From: Candidatus Latescibacterota bacterium
GTDB taxonomy: Bacteria > Latescibacterota > UBA2968 > GCA-2709665
Direction: 5' to 3'
DNA: 64,000 bases
Assembly: GCA_965226795.1 (NCBI GenBank)
Contig: CBDDDZ010000005.1
Location: forward strand, 2,976,001-3,040,000
Positions within the stretch are counted from its first letter, which is position 1. Each line of letters starts with the position of its first letter. Below the pieces are notes generated by a model. The model ran no database searches. It saw only the letters and a program-made list of their open reading frames with translations, and was not told the origin of the DNA. The position numbers and the translations under genes are program-made. Below, piece by piece: positions 33,954 through 45,115 of the stretch.

Positions 33954-34814
33954 ATGCTCGTTGAACGGATTGTAACTTATGGGCGAATGATTAAGTTTTC
34001 GCACAGCGTCTTCGCCCTTCCGTTCGCTTTCAGCGGCGCGGCGCTGGCGGCGCTGGCGGTCGACATCAGCCTGATTCATGTGTTCTGGATCGCCGTGGCA
34101 ATGGTCGGCGCCAGGAGCGCGGCGATGGGGTTCAACCGGCTGGTGGACCGCGACGTGGACGCGGCGAATCCCAGAACAGCGGCGCGCGAGTTGCCGCGTG
34201 GCCTGATCTCACCGGGCACCGTGCGCGTGTTGATTGCAATTTCTTCCGCGGCGCTGGTTCTGGCGGCCTGGCGACTGAACCCGCTGTGTTTCGCGCTATC
34301 GCCGGTGGCCCTGGGCATCGTCTTCTTCTATTCGTACACCAAACGGTTTACGTGGGCCACGCAGTTTTTTCTCGGGCTCGCGCTGTCGGTTGCACCCATT
34401 GGCGCATGGATCGCGATTACCGGACGTCTGGATGCGGAGATCCTGCTCCTGGCCGGGGCGGTATTGGCCTGGGTTTCCGGGTTCGATATCATCTATGCCT
34501 GCCAGGACCTGGCGTTCGACCGCGCCCACGGGATTTATTCGATACCGCAACACTTCGGCGTGCGCCGGGGGCTGGCCATCGCGCGGGTTTTGCACGCCGT
34601 TTCCTTTCTGCTGATGGCCGCGGTGGGTGTGAGTTTCGGGTTGGGAACCATCTACACGGCAGGACTGGTCGTGGTTGCGGGGTTGATGGTGTACGAGCAT
34701 TCGCTGGTAAAGCCGGATGACCTTTCCAGGCTGGGCGTGGCGTTCATGAACGCGAATGCCGCGATCAGCACTGTCTTTTTCGCCTTTACGCTGGGAGACG
34801 TGCTGTGGCGGTGA
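33954..34814 (+). CDS. ubiA: UbiA-family prenyltransferase (MqnP-like)
   Basis: IKFSHSVFALPF, NRLVDRDVDAANPRT, YSYTKRFT, FDIIYACQD. Confidence 0.88.
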   Translation: MLVERIVTYGRMIKFSHSVFALPFAFSGAALAALAVDISLIHVFWIAVAMVGARSAAMGFNRLVDRDVDAANPRTAARELPRGLISPGTVRVLIAISSAALVLAAWRLNPLCFALSPVALGIVFFYSYTKRFTWATQFFLGLALSVAPIGAWIAITGRLDAEILLLAGAVLAWVSGFDIIYACQDLAFDRAHGIYSIPQHFGVRRGLAIARVLHAVSFLLMAAVGVSFGLGTIYTAGLVVVAGLMVYEHSLVKPDDLSRLGVAFMNANAAISTVFFAFTLGDVLWR

Positions 34815-35413
34815 ACCGGATTGCGGTTGCGATTACCGGCGCCAGCGGGGCGATTTACGCCCTGCGCACACTGCGCGCGCTGCTGATGAACGGGGACGAG
34901 GTGCATCTCATCGTCTCCGGGTTCGGCTGGATGCTTCTGCGCGAGGAGGGCGGTTTCGAGGGAAAACAATCCGAATTTCAGGAATTCCTTTTCGATCGGT
35001 ACGGAGCGGAAATTGCGAAAGGCTGCGTGGTCGTTCACCCGATCGGCAATATGGCGGCGCCTGTCGCGAGTGGGTCCGTGGGCTTGCGCGGCATGGTGGT
35101 TGTGCCGTGTTCGATGAAATACCTGTCGAATATCGCACATGGCGCGTCCGGAAACCTGATCGAACGGGCGGCGGACGTCACGCTCAAGGAGCGCCGGCCG
35201 CTGATACTGGTTCCCAGGGAAACGCCGATGAACCTGATCCACCTTCGCAACATGACCGCCGCGGCCGAGGCGGGGGCCGCAATCCTGCCGGCCATGCCGG
35301 CATTTTACCAGAAGCCCGAGACCTTTGACGACCTGGCGGATTTCATCGCCGGACGGATCCTGAATCTGCTGGGCATCGAACACGAACTGTTTCCGCCCTG
35401 GACCGGTACGTGA
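34811..35413 (+). CDS. ubiX: Flavin prenyltransferase
   Basis: AITGASG, ASGS, PCSM, RAADVTLKERRPLILVPRETP, PAMPAFY. Confidence 0.93.
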   Translation: MNRIAVAITGASGAIYALRTLRALLMNGDEVHLIVSGFGWMLLREEGGFEGKQSEFQEFLFDRYGAEIAKGCVVVHPIGNMAAPVASGSVGLRGMVVVPCSMKYLSNIAHGASGNLIERAADVTLKERRPLILVPRETPMNLIHLRNMTAAAEAGAAILPAMPAFYQKPETFDDLADFIAGRILNLLGIEHELFPPWTGT

Positions 35414-35457
35414 CATCGAGTCGGCCGCAGCGCGGGGTCGGCACGGGGGACGAACGG

Positions 35458-36756
35458 ATGAACACTGACCTGATCCATCATATACAGGAAACCGCTCTTG
35501 TCGACACGCACGAGCATTTGCGCAAGGAACCGGATTGGGTGAACGACGGCCCCGACATTCTGCAGGATCTGTTCGGTAACTACGTCCCGGCCGACCTTCA
35601 CACCGCCGGCGCCTCTCCTGCCGCGCTGAAGCGGCTGATGGACGGATCGGACGCCGACGTCGCGGGGCGCTTCGAAGGAATACGGGGGGCATGGGAAGCG
35701 ACACAGTTCACGGGGTACGGAGAGGCGGTGCGTCTCATTGCCAGGCATGTGTATGGCCTCGACACATTATCCGGGGATGCCCTCACGGGCGCCCAGGAAA
35801 AGACCCATTCACTGCGACGTCCCGGCGAACGACTGCGCCTGCTGCGCGACGCGGCCAGACTGGATCACGTCCAGACCGACGATTTCCAATGGACATGCCT
35901 GCCGGATGAATCGGGACTGAATTTTTTCCTCTACGACCTCTCCTGGGCGGGATTCTGCAACGGCCAGGTCAATCCGGAGCAAATACACGCCGAGACGAAC
36001 GTAGAGGTGGCCGGTCTCGATACCCTCAGGCAGGCGATGGAAGGGCTCTTCACGAAATATGCCGGATGCGCCATCGCGGTGAAGGCACAGCATGCTTACA
36101 GTCGCACCTTGAACTGGAAGGAACGGAACACGTCGGAGGCGGCCGCCGCACTAGAGAAAATATTGGCGGGGCCGGATGAGGACGTCCCTGTGCAGGCGCG
36201 CCTGTGCCTGGGGGACTGGTGCTGGGCGCGCGGCGTGGAACTCTCGATCGCGCACAATCTGCCGTTCAAAATCCACACGGGATACTACGCGGGCAACGAC
36301 AGGATGCCGGTGAGCCGTATTGCCGCCGGAAATATGTGCACGCTATTCGCTCGCTATCCGGACGCCCGGTTTGTCCTGATGCATATCGCCTATCCGTATA
36401 GCGACGAACTGGTGGCGCTTGCCAAGCACTACCGCAATATCTGGGTGGATCTCTGCTGGGCATGGAGCATCGATCCATACAGTTCCAGGGACTTCCTGCG
36501 CCGCTTCCTGCATGCGGTCCCGTCCAACAAGCTGTTTGCATTCGGGGGTGACACGGGTTGGCCGACGGGCGCGCTCGCGTACTCCATCCAGGCGCGAAAT
36601 GAAATTTGCCGCGGGCTCGAAGCGGAGATTTCGGAAGGATATATGTCCGAAAAACAGGCGATGGAAGTTGCGACCCGCATGATGCGGAAGAACCAGTACG
36701 CCTGCTTCGATATACGCGGAACACGAGCGAATATTCTCGCGGCCGCGAGTAAGTAG
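35458..36756 (+). CDS. Amidohydrolase family protein
   Basis: DTHEH, IHTG, FVLMH..YPY, FGGD. Confidence 0.85.
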   Translation: MNTDLIHHIQETALVDTHEHLRKEPDWVNDGPDILQDLFGNYVPADLHTAGASPAALKRLMDGSDADVAGRFEGIRGAWEATQFTGYGEAVRLIARHVYGLDTLSGDALTGAQEKTHSLRRPGERLRLLRDAARLDHVQTDDFQWTCLPDESGLNFFLYDLSWAGFCNGQVNPEQIHAETNVEVAGLDTLRQAMEGLFTKYAGCAIAVKAQHAYSRTLNWKERNTSEAAAALEKILAGPDEDVPVQARLCLGDWCWARGVELSIAHNLPFKIHTGYYAGNDRMPVSRIAAGNMCTLFARYPDARFVLMHIAYPYSDELVALAKHYRNIWVDLCWAWSIDPYSSRDFLRRFLHAVPSNKLFAFGGDTGWPTGALAYSIQARNEICRGLEAEISEGYMSEKQAMEVATRMMRKNQYACFDIRGTRANILAAASK

Positions 36757-36779
36757 ACCGGATCGCAAGAGGTGACGAA

Positions 36780-37115
36780 TTGACGCAGGTTACAGAAGCT
36801 CTACTTGGCGAGATGGTACGGACTATCGTCAACGAAGTCGATCCTGAACAGGTAATCCTGTTCGGCTCGTACGGACGTGGTACCGCAACCGGCGATTCCG
36901 ACGTGGATCTACTGATAATCGAATCAGAACCATTCTCGAATGCACAATTGAGGTACGACGAGGGAATCAGGCTTTACAATGCACTGTCACGCTTTCACGT
37001 TCCTAAAGACATTCTGGTCTACAGTCGCGAACGGGTCGAATATTGGCGCGACTCCCTTAACAACGTTGTAGCGCGAGCCCTGCGCGAAGGACGTGTGCTC
37101 TATGAGCGACCCTAA
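36780..37115 (+). CDS. Minimal nucleotidyltransferase (MNT) antitoxin
   Basis: ILFGSYGRG...DSDVDLL motif. Confidence 0.88.
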   Translation: MTQVTEALLGEMVRTIVNEVDPEQVILFGSYGRGTATGDSDVDLLIIESEPFSNAQLRYDEGIRLYNALSRFHVPKDILVYSRERVEYWRDSLNNVVARALREGRVLYERP

Positions 37116-37500
37116 ACAGGCACGTTCGTTGATCGAAGCTGCCGCGCGAGACATCAGGACGGTCCGTCTCATGGCTTCCAATGTCGATTTCCCCGACGAA
37201 AACTTCGGATTCAACGTACAGCAGGGAGCGGAGAAGCTCTGCAAGGCCTGGCTCTCTCTGCTCGGGGAGGTCTATCCGCTGACCCATGATCTGGGCTTTC
37301 TGCTGGATAGATTGATCGCACGGGACGCCGAAGCTACGAATTTCAGGGGTCTGGCTTCTTACACTCCGTTTGCCGTAGAGTTTCGCTACACGGGCGAGGA
37401 AGTTGTGCCTCCAGCCCTCGATCGGACTGACGCCTTGCGGCAGTTGAAGAGCCTGATTGATCTGATCAGACGTCGACTTGAGGAATTAGCCGGCGACTGA
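37102..37500 (+). CDS. HEPN domain protein (toxin partner)
   Basis: QQGAEKLCKA, THDL, FRY motifs; overlaps MNT gene. Confidence 0.85.
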   Translation: MSDPKQARSLIEAAARDIRTVRLMASNVDFPDENFGFNVQQGAEKLCKAWLSLLGEVYPLTHDLGFLLDRLIARDAEATNFRGLASYTPFAVEFRYTGEEVVPPALDRTDALRQLKSLIDLIRRRLEELAGD

Positions 37501-37522
37501 AAGGTCGCTGCACTGCTCTTAC

Positions 37523-37562
37523 AAAAAGAAACGCCGGTTGCGTGCAACCGGCTGGTTTTTTA
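37523..37562. terminator. Probable bidirectional intrinsic terminator
   Basis: A-run, GCCGGTTGC/GCAACCGGC hairpin, T-run, between convergent genes. Confidence 0.7.
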
Positions 37563-37594
37563 TGCACCTCTCAGGGGTGTATCATGAATCCTTA

Positions 37595-38878
37595 CTACCG
37601 ATACGGTTCCGCGTTGAAGTTGACACGCATCGAAACAAGCAGCCGCACGGTGCGCACCCGGTCTTCACGATTGCCTTCGGTCAATCTGTAGCCGCCAAAA
37701 ACAGCGGCCAGATCCACCGCCAGAATCCGTTCCAATTCAGCGCCAAGTCCGAGCGTCCAGGCATCGCGGTCGGTCTCGATGCGGATTTCGGGCACAGGAC
37801 CGCCCCCTACGTACTGCACCGGATCGCGAAAGTATCCGCCCCTGACAGCCACCCCAGAACGCCGAAGTACGTATTCGCCCCCCAGATGGAACCGTGTCGC
37901 GGCGCGATATTGCTGGCGGAAATCGTCCACGTAGGGTGTGATGTTCTTCGCCACGACACGGTACCCGGCCTCCTGCAGATTCCCGTAATGTACGTCGCCG
38001 CTCAAGGTCAATCCGGCCGAGGACCATCCCAGGCCGAATCCCAGCGAGAGCGGCTGGCGGATCTCATATCTGTCCGCGTAGGCTTCGCGCGGATAGGTAT
38101 CCGTCCGATCGTCAAACGTATCTTCGAATTCATCCGCCAATTCAGCCGACACACGAATGGGGGTCGCCGCGGAAACCGTAATGCCGAGCCGGAATTTGGA
38201 CGGATGCCAGTATTGGATGCCGCCCTGAACGCCCAATGCGGAAAAGTGGTCGTCGGATTCGTAGCGCTGGAAAATACGAACCGTATCCACGTGGACCTGC
38301 CGAACGTCTTCAAGCGTCAATTCCTGCCTGAAACGATTGGTCCCCCGCCACTTGAACACAGAAACCCCTGCCGACAGACGCGGCGCCAGGTCAACTGCAA
38401 CGCCCAGCGTCCACGCACCGAAGGTGCCCCTGTCTTCCGAAAAACCCGACTTTTCGAATTCGGCGATTTCATCGTACGCGTCGATCCGCAATCCACCGTC
38501 GAAATGCCGGATGCGCCCGAACCCCCCCGCAAAAACCAGGCTGCCCCGATAGACGGGAGCCGGGTATACGATGCCCACCGACGCAAAGCGCGTGCTGTTC
38601 AATTCAAACGCCGAAGACTGACTGAAAAAATGCGACTCGTTCCGGTAACGATCGTGCGACATTCCCCACGAGATGGATCCGCGCTGGACTCTTGCCAACC
38701 CCGCCGGGTTCCAGAACAGACCGGAGAAATCATCCGATACCGTGACGTACGCGCCACCCATCCCCATTGCGCGGGCGCCGATTCCGGAAAATCCATCGAG
38801 GGCGACCTCCTGCGCGTTAAGGGTCGCCGCCCAGGCGCAAAACGCCAGCATCGGAACCATTGGACGGACCCGCCTCAT
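37595..38878 (-). CDS. FadL/OmpP1-like outer membrane protein
   Basis: Signal peptide; GARAMGMGGAY..DDFSGLFWNPAGL. Confidence 0.8.
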   Translation of the reverse strand: MRRVRPMVPMLAFCAWAATLNAQEVALDGFSGIGARAMGMGGAYVTVSDDFSGLFWNPAGLARVQRGSISWGMSHDRYRNESHFFSQSSAFELNSTRFASVGIVYPAPVYRGSLVFAGGFGRIRHFDGGLRIDAYDEIAEFEKSGFSEDRGTFGAWTLGVAVDLAPRLSAGVSVFKWRGTNRFRQELTLEDVRQVHVDTVRIFQRYESDDHFSALGVQGGIQYWHPSKFRLGITVSAATPIRVSAELADEFEDTFDDRTDTYPREAYADRYEIRQPLSLGFGLGWSSAGLTLSGDVHYGNLQEAGYRVVAKNITPYVDDFRQQYRAATRFHLGGEYVLRRSGVAVRGGYFRDPVQYVGGGPVPEIRIETDRDAWTLGLGAELERILAVDLAAVFGGYRLTEGNREDRVRTVRLLVSMRVNFNAEPYR

Positions 38879-39549
38879 CTCATCCCCCCTCTGCGCCGCT
38901 TCTCCTCGCGCTTCTCCTCGCGCTTTTTCTCTTCCTTTTTCTCTTCCTTCTTCGAGGATGACTCATCGCTAGCCGTACTGCGTGGTTTCGTGGCAGTTCT
39001 TGCTGCGCCGGTCGCCCTCTCCGGTTTCGGATTTGCCTGGATCGCGCCGACCGCCGGCGCTCGCGGCTTCCGCGTTGTCGTACTTACCCCGCCGCCCTTA
39101 CGGACCGTGCCGGCGGGTGCGGGCTCGCCACCCCGCAATCCCGTATATCTGATGCGCAGACGCGGTTCGTGCAGATCGATTGGATCAGTATCGACCGTGC
39201 GATACCTGAACGTGGGAGCGGGCAACCGTCCGCGCGCGAGCATCCGCCGCATCCACCCCCTCCACCACGGCCCGTATGCGGCCGTCCAGTAGGAATTTCT
39301 CCATCGGAAACCCCGTCTCGCCCACGACGGATATCCCGGATAATACGGTTCGAAATTCGGCGCCGCCTCCCACCCGTACGGATCGAAATAATTGTACACA
39401 TACTGCTTGTATACCACAACAGAGTCCGTTTTGGTGGACGCCCCGGATCCGACCCGGCCTTCCGTTTCAAAACCGGGCGGCCGAATCTGGGTATAACATC
39501 CTGCGAGTGCAATTAGACCTGACACCATAAGGCAGATACGATACACCAT
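38875..39549 (-). CDS. Putative lipoprotein with basic low-complexity tail
   Basis: LAGC lipobox; Tyr/Trp-rich middle; KKEEKK/KREE repeats. Confidence 0.65.
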   Translation of the reverse strand: MVYRICLMVSGLIALAGCYTQIRPPGFETEGRVGSGASTKTDSVVVYKQYVYNYFDPYGWEAAPNFEPYYPGYPSWARRGFRWRNSYWTAAYGPWWRGWMRRMLARGRLPAPTFRYRTVDTDPIDLHEPRLRIRYTGLRGGEPAPAGTVRKGGGVSTTTRKPRAPAVGAIQANPKPERATGAARTATKPRSTASDESSSKKEEKKEEKKREEKREEKRRRGGMR

Positions 39550-39735
39550 GGCAGCCTCCCTGGATGTGGGTATCGGAGAGTCCAACCGGGCCATCCCTCC
39601 CCTGCCCCACCCTCATACAAAATAGCCAATATTCGACGACGGCACAATACCCGGGGGCCGAATCGGACCCGGTGCTTCGGTTTGTTCCTGTTTCAGTTTT
39701 TGCACGTATCGGACGACTCTTCCCCATCCGGCGCT

Positions 39736-40077
39736 TCAACCCGCTTTTCGAAGGAACATCGCTACAAGGGATCTGAGTCCTTTCCCTCTGTGTTGGGCAG
39801 GCTCTGCTTCCTGACAGCAGGATTCCGAATGAGAAACGCTGTCTCCTTTTTGTGCGGCGAGGCGGGATTCGATCTCCACGTGTTCAGGGAACCGACCCTC
39901 TTTCAGTTTGGAGAAAATCGGTTCCCCGTCCACAGTGAGTTCAAAACGGCCTCTGCCCGAGGGAACCAGGGTGAAACGTGAGATATCCGTCTTATATTTT
40001 TCCAGCAGATGGCGCGCCAAACTGACGGCCTGTTCTTCATACCCTCACATCGAGCAGTAGACGAGTTCGATATCCAT
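39736..40077 (-). CDS. Rdx/SelW/SelT-family selenoprotein (CxxU; in-frame UGA at 40045-40047)
   Basis: AAGGAG RBS, MDIELVYCSM-TGA-GYEEQAVSLARHLL...GRFELTVDG.PIFSK..GRFP in one frame. Confidence 0.85.
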
Positions 40078-40290
40078 TGTCGATCTCCTTATGGTTTCGA
40101 TAATTGCCTATAAATCGTAGACGCATGAATCACGATGCCTGTTTCAATCTGTCGGTCCAGACGAATGCTTTCGCGCCGTGTCGGTTCTCTCGCGTCGGGC
40201 ATCATGTTACTCGTTCTGCTCCGGGTCTGTGACGTCATTCACTTATGTATTATTATCTTAATTTTCTTTTTCTTCGTCCTTTTTCTTATT

Positions 40291-40384
40291 CGCCCAAGAA
40301 AAAGGACCAAAAAGAACCGCGCCTGCCTGCCGAGCACGGCTCGGCGCAGGCAGGCCGCTCGGCGCGGGGCCGGTTTTTCCGCGA
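40291..40384. repeat. Dispersed palindromic repeat, family A (copy 2)
   Basis: Near-identical to 16686-16779. Confidence 0.8.
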
Positions 40385-41142
40385 ATCGTCTCAGAGACAT
40401 AAATGGGAATTGGATGCCCTACGTGCCCGTCAGATGTACCAGTACTAAAATGCTGGACGGAATTACGCGGCAAAACCCCCCACGCCACCACCGGGTGGCC
40501 GAGGTACAAACTTGAAGGGCCACAAGGCGGGCGGTTCGCGAACCGCCCCACCCCCATCCGTGATGTTGATATCGCCGCGGTACCCGCCGTCGTTGGTCCT
40601 TGTAGGGGCAACCCTCGTGGTTGCCCTCGTCGTGGCGCGCATATCGCTGATGGACCTCGCCGGACCGTATCACTAACCGGCCTTCGCTGAATGCTGACCG
40701 CTTTACACTGATCGCTATCCTCTTCTTAATTCAATCCTATCGCGACTTGCACCAGGTGTGAATTACGAGATTGACTCTGTGAGGAAGTTCCTGCCGAGAC
40801 GATACGCCGTTGCCAGATTGCGGGCTCTAACCTCCGGCGCAGTCTGCGCATCTGCCCCGCCCGACAGAATGGCCACCTCGCAATGGGCTACGCCGGATGA
40901 CGGTTGCAGGCGGTCGTTCCTGAAGATGCGCTTCATACTCTCGGCCAGGAACACTCCCTTAAACGACTTCCCGGTCGGGTGTGCGAAGACGATATATGCG
41001 TGCATGGGCGCCTCCAGCCCCAATACTGTGAAACCATTAGAATCTTACAGCAAGACTTCTACACAAAACGCGTACAAGTTAATTCACGCTGCTTGCATAA
41101 GGTAAGGCATTGAAATCCCCCCACCGCATCAGCCGTCGCCCG

Positions 41143-41241
41143 CCCTTCGACAGGCTCAGGGCAGCGCCTTCGACAACCCTTCGACCCTTCGACAGGCTCA
41201 GGAGACCGGCTTGGCTTCTGCGACTCCCCCTCAAGGGGGGA
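41143..41241. repeat. REP-like cluster (CCCTTCGACAGGCTCAGG x2; CTCCCCCTCAAGGGGGGAG hairpin)
   Basis: Direct copies visible; related CCTGTCGAAG motifs near 16347 and 16597. Confidence 0.6.
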
Positions 41242-41374
41242 GTGATTGCACCGTCAAACGGACTCGCGCGTTCACTTGCACCTATTTGGTTGCGGCTGAG
41301 CATAGCGAAGCCGCGCCAGGGATGTACTGATGATGCATTTCGAAGCCTTGATGCGTCGCGTTCAATTTCTGTCT

Positions 41375-41749
41375 TTACGCCCACAAATTATGAGCCCACA
41401 CGAAGAGGCACGGCACCATCGCGCCAATGCATATTCCATCTCGATTGCCCGGTGAACAACGGCTCCAGGCGTTTTCAAACCACGATGGAAACAATGCCAT
41501 CCATATAGCCAATCCGACTATCAAAAAAGAGAATGGGTGGTACCGCCACGCGTCTGCGATTTCTCCATGCGTCAGGCTAAGGCACGCCCGCGTCATCCCA
41601 CACCCGGGACACGGAATATCTGTCACGATAAAAAATACGCAAGGAATCGATGCAACCTCTGACAGTGACATATCAGACACTGCAACGCAAAGGCCCGCCA
41701 CACCCAACCCGATCAGAAAAAAGCGCGCGACAGCCGTACGGTTAACCAT
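41375..41749 (-). CDS. DUF2752 membrane protein
   Basis: C.F..VT.IPCPGCGMTRA...G...AW.YHP. Confidence 0.8.
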   Translation of the reverse strand: MVNRTAVARFFLIGLGVAGLCVAVSDMSLSEVASIPCVFFIVTDIPCPGCGMTRACLSLTHGEIADAWRYHPFSFLIVGLAIWMALFPSWFENAWSRCSPGNRDGICIGAMVPCLFVWAHNLWA

Positions 41750-42120
41750 TGGAAGTTCTTCCGTAGAGTCTGTTGATCTGGTACTGCTGGATAGCAAGCG
41801 AGGCGATGCCGATACCGAAAATCGCTAACAGGACACAGATGACCGGTAGATTCGAATCGTAGGTCAGATCATTGTCAGCCTGAACTTCATTGATACCGGT
41901 TGCCATCTTATACTCATAGTAGATGCCGAAGATACCGCAGGTGATAATCGAGAGAAAAAACCAGAGCCAAAAGGAATACTCATTTCTCTCAAGCCAGGCA
42001 TTGAGCGTCGCCATCTGCTTATATTGCCAGTACAGCCCATAGATTGACAAGAGACAGCAAGATTCCCACCACTATGCTTCGCCTGGCCTGGGACTCCGGA
42101 CAAGGATACCCATTAGGCAT
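41742..42120 (-). pseudogene. DUF4234-like membrane protein, frameshift near 42045
   Basis: RSIVVGILLSLV in one frame, IYGLYWQYK...LSIITCGIFGIYY...IQQYQIN in another. Confidence 0.6.
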
Positions 42121-42739
42121 GAAACCCTCCGCTCTGTTTTGACGGTACGAACCTGACCTGCAGGGAAATTTCGACTTTAGACCGGACCATTTTGAAGGGC
42201 GCCACCGATGGGAAACCGCAGGGATTACCCCTGAAAATCCAACGGCGGCGCGGGAACGGCTTCATCCTCAAGACGTGAACGATCGCACCTTGAAACCGTT
42301 CTCCGGCGTGTCGAAACATGCTTCTCTCCCGATATGAATATACAAAAGGGGTGCGCGGGATTCAAACCGTTCCCCTCTTCATTTGGAAGTCACTTAGAAG
42401 CGATTAGCGTGCAGCCGTCAGTATCCGGCGAGAAGCGAAAACCCGATCTATTGACGTCGTCGCCGTGGATGATATCTCAGGCGCAACCCTTGTGGTTGCC
42501 ACGTCAGGGCGTACAGCATGTGGCGGTTGAGCATACAGTGGCAATCCGGAGCTACTCTCGCAATGCGTTCCGATCGGAAACCGTGTTTGAATTTCACGTA
42601 TTCTTGTGGTATATTTCCTTGTCACCTGCGTCAAGTCAGTTGACAATCACCACACTGCGCGGGCATGTGTGCCGGAACGAATTCCATTGGAGCAAAATAG
42701 GACTGCCGATGCGAATGTTATCGGACAAGGAGAACAAAC

Positions 42740-42976
42740 GTGGACGCAAAATTCATTCAATCCGATCCCTCTGTAATGATGGGGAAGCCCGTGGTTGCCG
42801 GTACCCGCATCACCGTTGAACTGATTCTTGATAAACTCTCCTCTGGCGACTCGATCGAGGAGGTTGTCGAAGCGCATCCCCGTCTCAGGAGAGAAAGCGT
42901 TCTGGCAGCTCTGCGTTTTGCAGCGCAGGCGCTTCGAGCCGACGTTGTTTATCCGGTAGCTGAGCAAGGCACATGA
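42740..42976 (+). CDS. DUF433 antitoxin
   Basis: DP.VMMGKPVVAGTRITV..IL..L..G; AAGGAG RBS. Confidence 0.88.
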   Translation: MDAKFIQSDPSVMMGKPVVAGTRITVELILDKLSSGDSIEEVVEAHPRLRRESVLAALRFAAQALRADVVYPVAEQGT

Positions 42977-43203
42977 ATCTGCTGGCCGACGAGAACGTCG
43001 ACAAAGACTTCGGTGAACTGGTGTTTCGCCTGGGACGGAATCCAGCGGGGGTCGTGCTCATTCGCCTCGCGGGTTTGTCTGCGGAAGCGAAGGCAAGAAA
43101 CGTATCGAATGCATTTGCCGATCATAGCGATCAACTGATCTCAGCCTTCAATGTCGTTTCACCTGGAAGGTTACGAATTCGCCGCACTGCGAATAGGAAA
43201 TAG
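42973..43203 (+). pseudogene. DUF5615 PIN-like toxin with internal deletion
   Basis: LLADENV joined directly to DKDFGELV; the intervening segment usual in this family is missing. Confidence 0.7.
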
Positions 43204-43467
43204 CGCACAGCAGCGTGCGAGAAGCCGGAAGGCTACAGAGGTTTGCGATACGGCAAAGTCATACCCAATGTCCAATGTTGGTTTTAAATGGGGCGACCTA
43301 CGGTTCGCCCTGTTTTCGGTCAATCGGCGGGCGGCAATTGTCGCAAGGCTTTCGGTCAAACAATCGATGGTCGTGGCGACGTCCACAACGCGAGCTTCTT
43401 CTGGACATACTTTGTGCTTTGAGACTTTCAATCTCGACGTCATCAGGGGCATTCGGACCATTTTGGC

Positions 43468-43660
43468 GTAGGGGCGACCGGCCGGCCGCCCCTACATAAA
43501 GACGGGGTTCGGCCGTCACACAAGGCAAAATTCACAGGATCTTCCGGCTATCTGGCAGGGTTGTCCGCGATGTATTGCCGGATCGGACTTAACGCCGATT
43601 CGTTCCGTATAGCGTGGTCGTAGTCGTTGCGTTGCCAGACCGGCATATTCGCCAGGGACG
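43468..43660 (-). mobile_element. RAYT (REP-associated tyrosine transposase) C-terminal remnant with adjacent REP
   Basis: WQRNDYDHAIRNE.....IRQYIADNP; REP hairpin GTAGGGGCG...CGCCCCTAC at 43468-43495. Confidence 0.65.
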
Positions 43661-44090
43661 TTATGTACTTGGGCTTACCACGCCGCCGGCTTTGCCCCGA
43701 TCCGTCTCGATTAACTATCCAAAAACCCCAGGCATGCCGCTCGGAAAACTTCACTAATTCTTGGGGATATTTGTCTCATTTAGTTTGACACATTCCGCCG
43801 AATGTCATATAATCACGGAAATTGCGCATGCCACACCCTGGCAACTGACGCAGCAAACGATCAGGCCTGTCGAAATAGGGGTTGTCCGGGAACTCGCTGA
43901 AAATGTCCGGGTTGATCTTGCGCTAACGGAACAGATGGATCTCAAGCGTAGTTTTGAATCCGAAGACATCCGGAAGTTCGGCGGACACCTCGTTACGGAC
44001 CGCAAGCGTATGTTGTATGGCCCTTTCCGGCGTCCCGGTCCATTGTCGACTGTGGCTGACTGTGATGTGAACTAAACATATTGGAGGGAT

Positions 44091-44759
44091 ATGATGCGTT
44101 TTTTTGTGGTATTCTTGTCTATACTTGTTGCCTTTATTCAAACCGTACAGGCACAGACGGCAGATGTTGCACGTCATGTTGAGGCGCTTAAAGGCAAGAC
44201 GTTCTGGATCAAAATTGACTTTGTAGAGGTAAATGACGGGATTCGAGGCACTGATGCTGCGAACGTCCTGGAGAATGGAGAGGTTTCATACCGCGCTAGA
44301 ATAGGCGGTTTTCGCCAGTCTCAATCTCAGTCGGCTGAGGATTTCGCCGAAGAGGTCCGGAATATCACTACGAGAGATGCGCTCTCGGGGTGGAGCGTGC
44401 GGGTTATTCAAAGGGGCGCGAAAGTCGTAATCCGAAAAGCCGAGGCAAGGGAGAAAGAGGTATATATTGAACTCGACAAACTGTCAGGTGCTCGCCATGC
44501 CGTTCGCCTTAAAGTCAATAGAGATAAGTACACTATCCCCGAAGTTGAACGCCTTTTCAATATCGCCTTTGCAGCAAGCGTAGCGGAATTAGCAGGTCCC
44601 GAGGAAACCGTTTTGCTTAAATTGAACATGTCCATTGAAGAAGTTATCGCCCGGAAAGGCAAACCCGGAACGCGCGTTGAACTCGGCGACAAGACCATTC
44701 TCGCTTATGACGACTTGAAGTTGATATTCAAGGACGGGAGGTTGGCGGACGCCGAGTAA
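44091..44759 (+). CDS. Exported hypothetical protein
   Basis: Signal peptide ending VQA; GGAGG RBS; C-terminal MSIEEVIARKGKP SmpA-like segment. Confidence 0.75.
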   Translation: MMRFFVVFLSILVAFIQTVQAQTADVARHVEALKGKTFWIKIDFVEVNDGIRGTDAANVLENGEVSYRARIGGFRQSQSQSAEDFAEEVRNITTRDALSGWSVRVIQRGAKVVIRKAEAREKEVYIELDKLSGARHAVRLKVNRDKYTIPEVERLFNIAFAASVAELAGPEETVLLKLNMSIEEVIARKGKPGTRVELGDKTILAYDDLKLIFKDGRLADAE

Positions 44760-45115
44760 TTGACCACCTGTGATCCCTACACATCTTCCAGTACATCCGT
44801 CATTACTCCACACCTGTCGAGGAACCATTCCATCAAAACGCTCACGTCGGTTCCCTCACGAAGTATCCGCTCCCATATCCAAAAATCGCTTCCCGCCTTT
44901 GGCTTCCCCGTAGTCCGGTCGAGGCGCTATGTGCATTTTCAGCGATATTTCAATCGCATGTTTTTCTGCTACTCGTACTCTATCCCTGCCATAGCCGGCC
45001 TTGATATGCCGGTAATTAAAGAATAATCCGACGGGCCGATTTGTATCAATCGGTTCCCTCCTTCATTCGGAAGTCAGGGAGAGGCAATCAGGACATCATC
45101 AGGGTCGCCCCTGCG

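Noticed and set aside
37538..39292. 584-aa plus-strand ORF
   Set aside because: Antisense shadow of the FadL-like and lipoprotein genes; no motifs.
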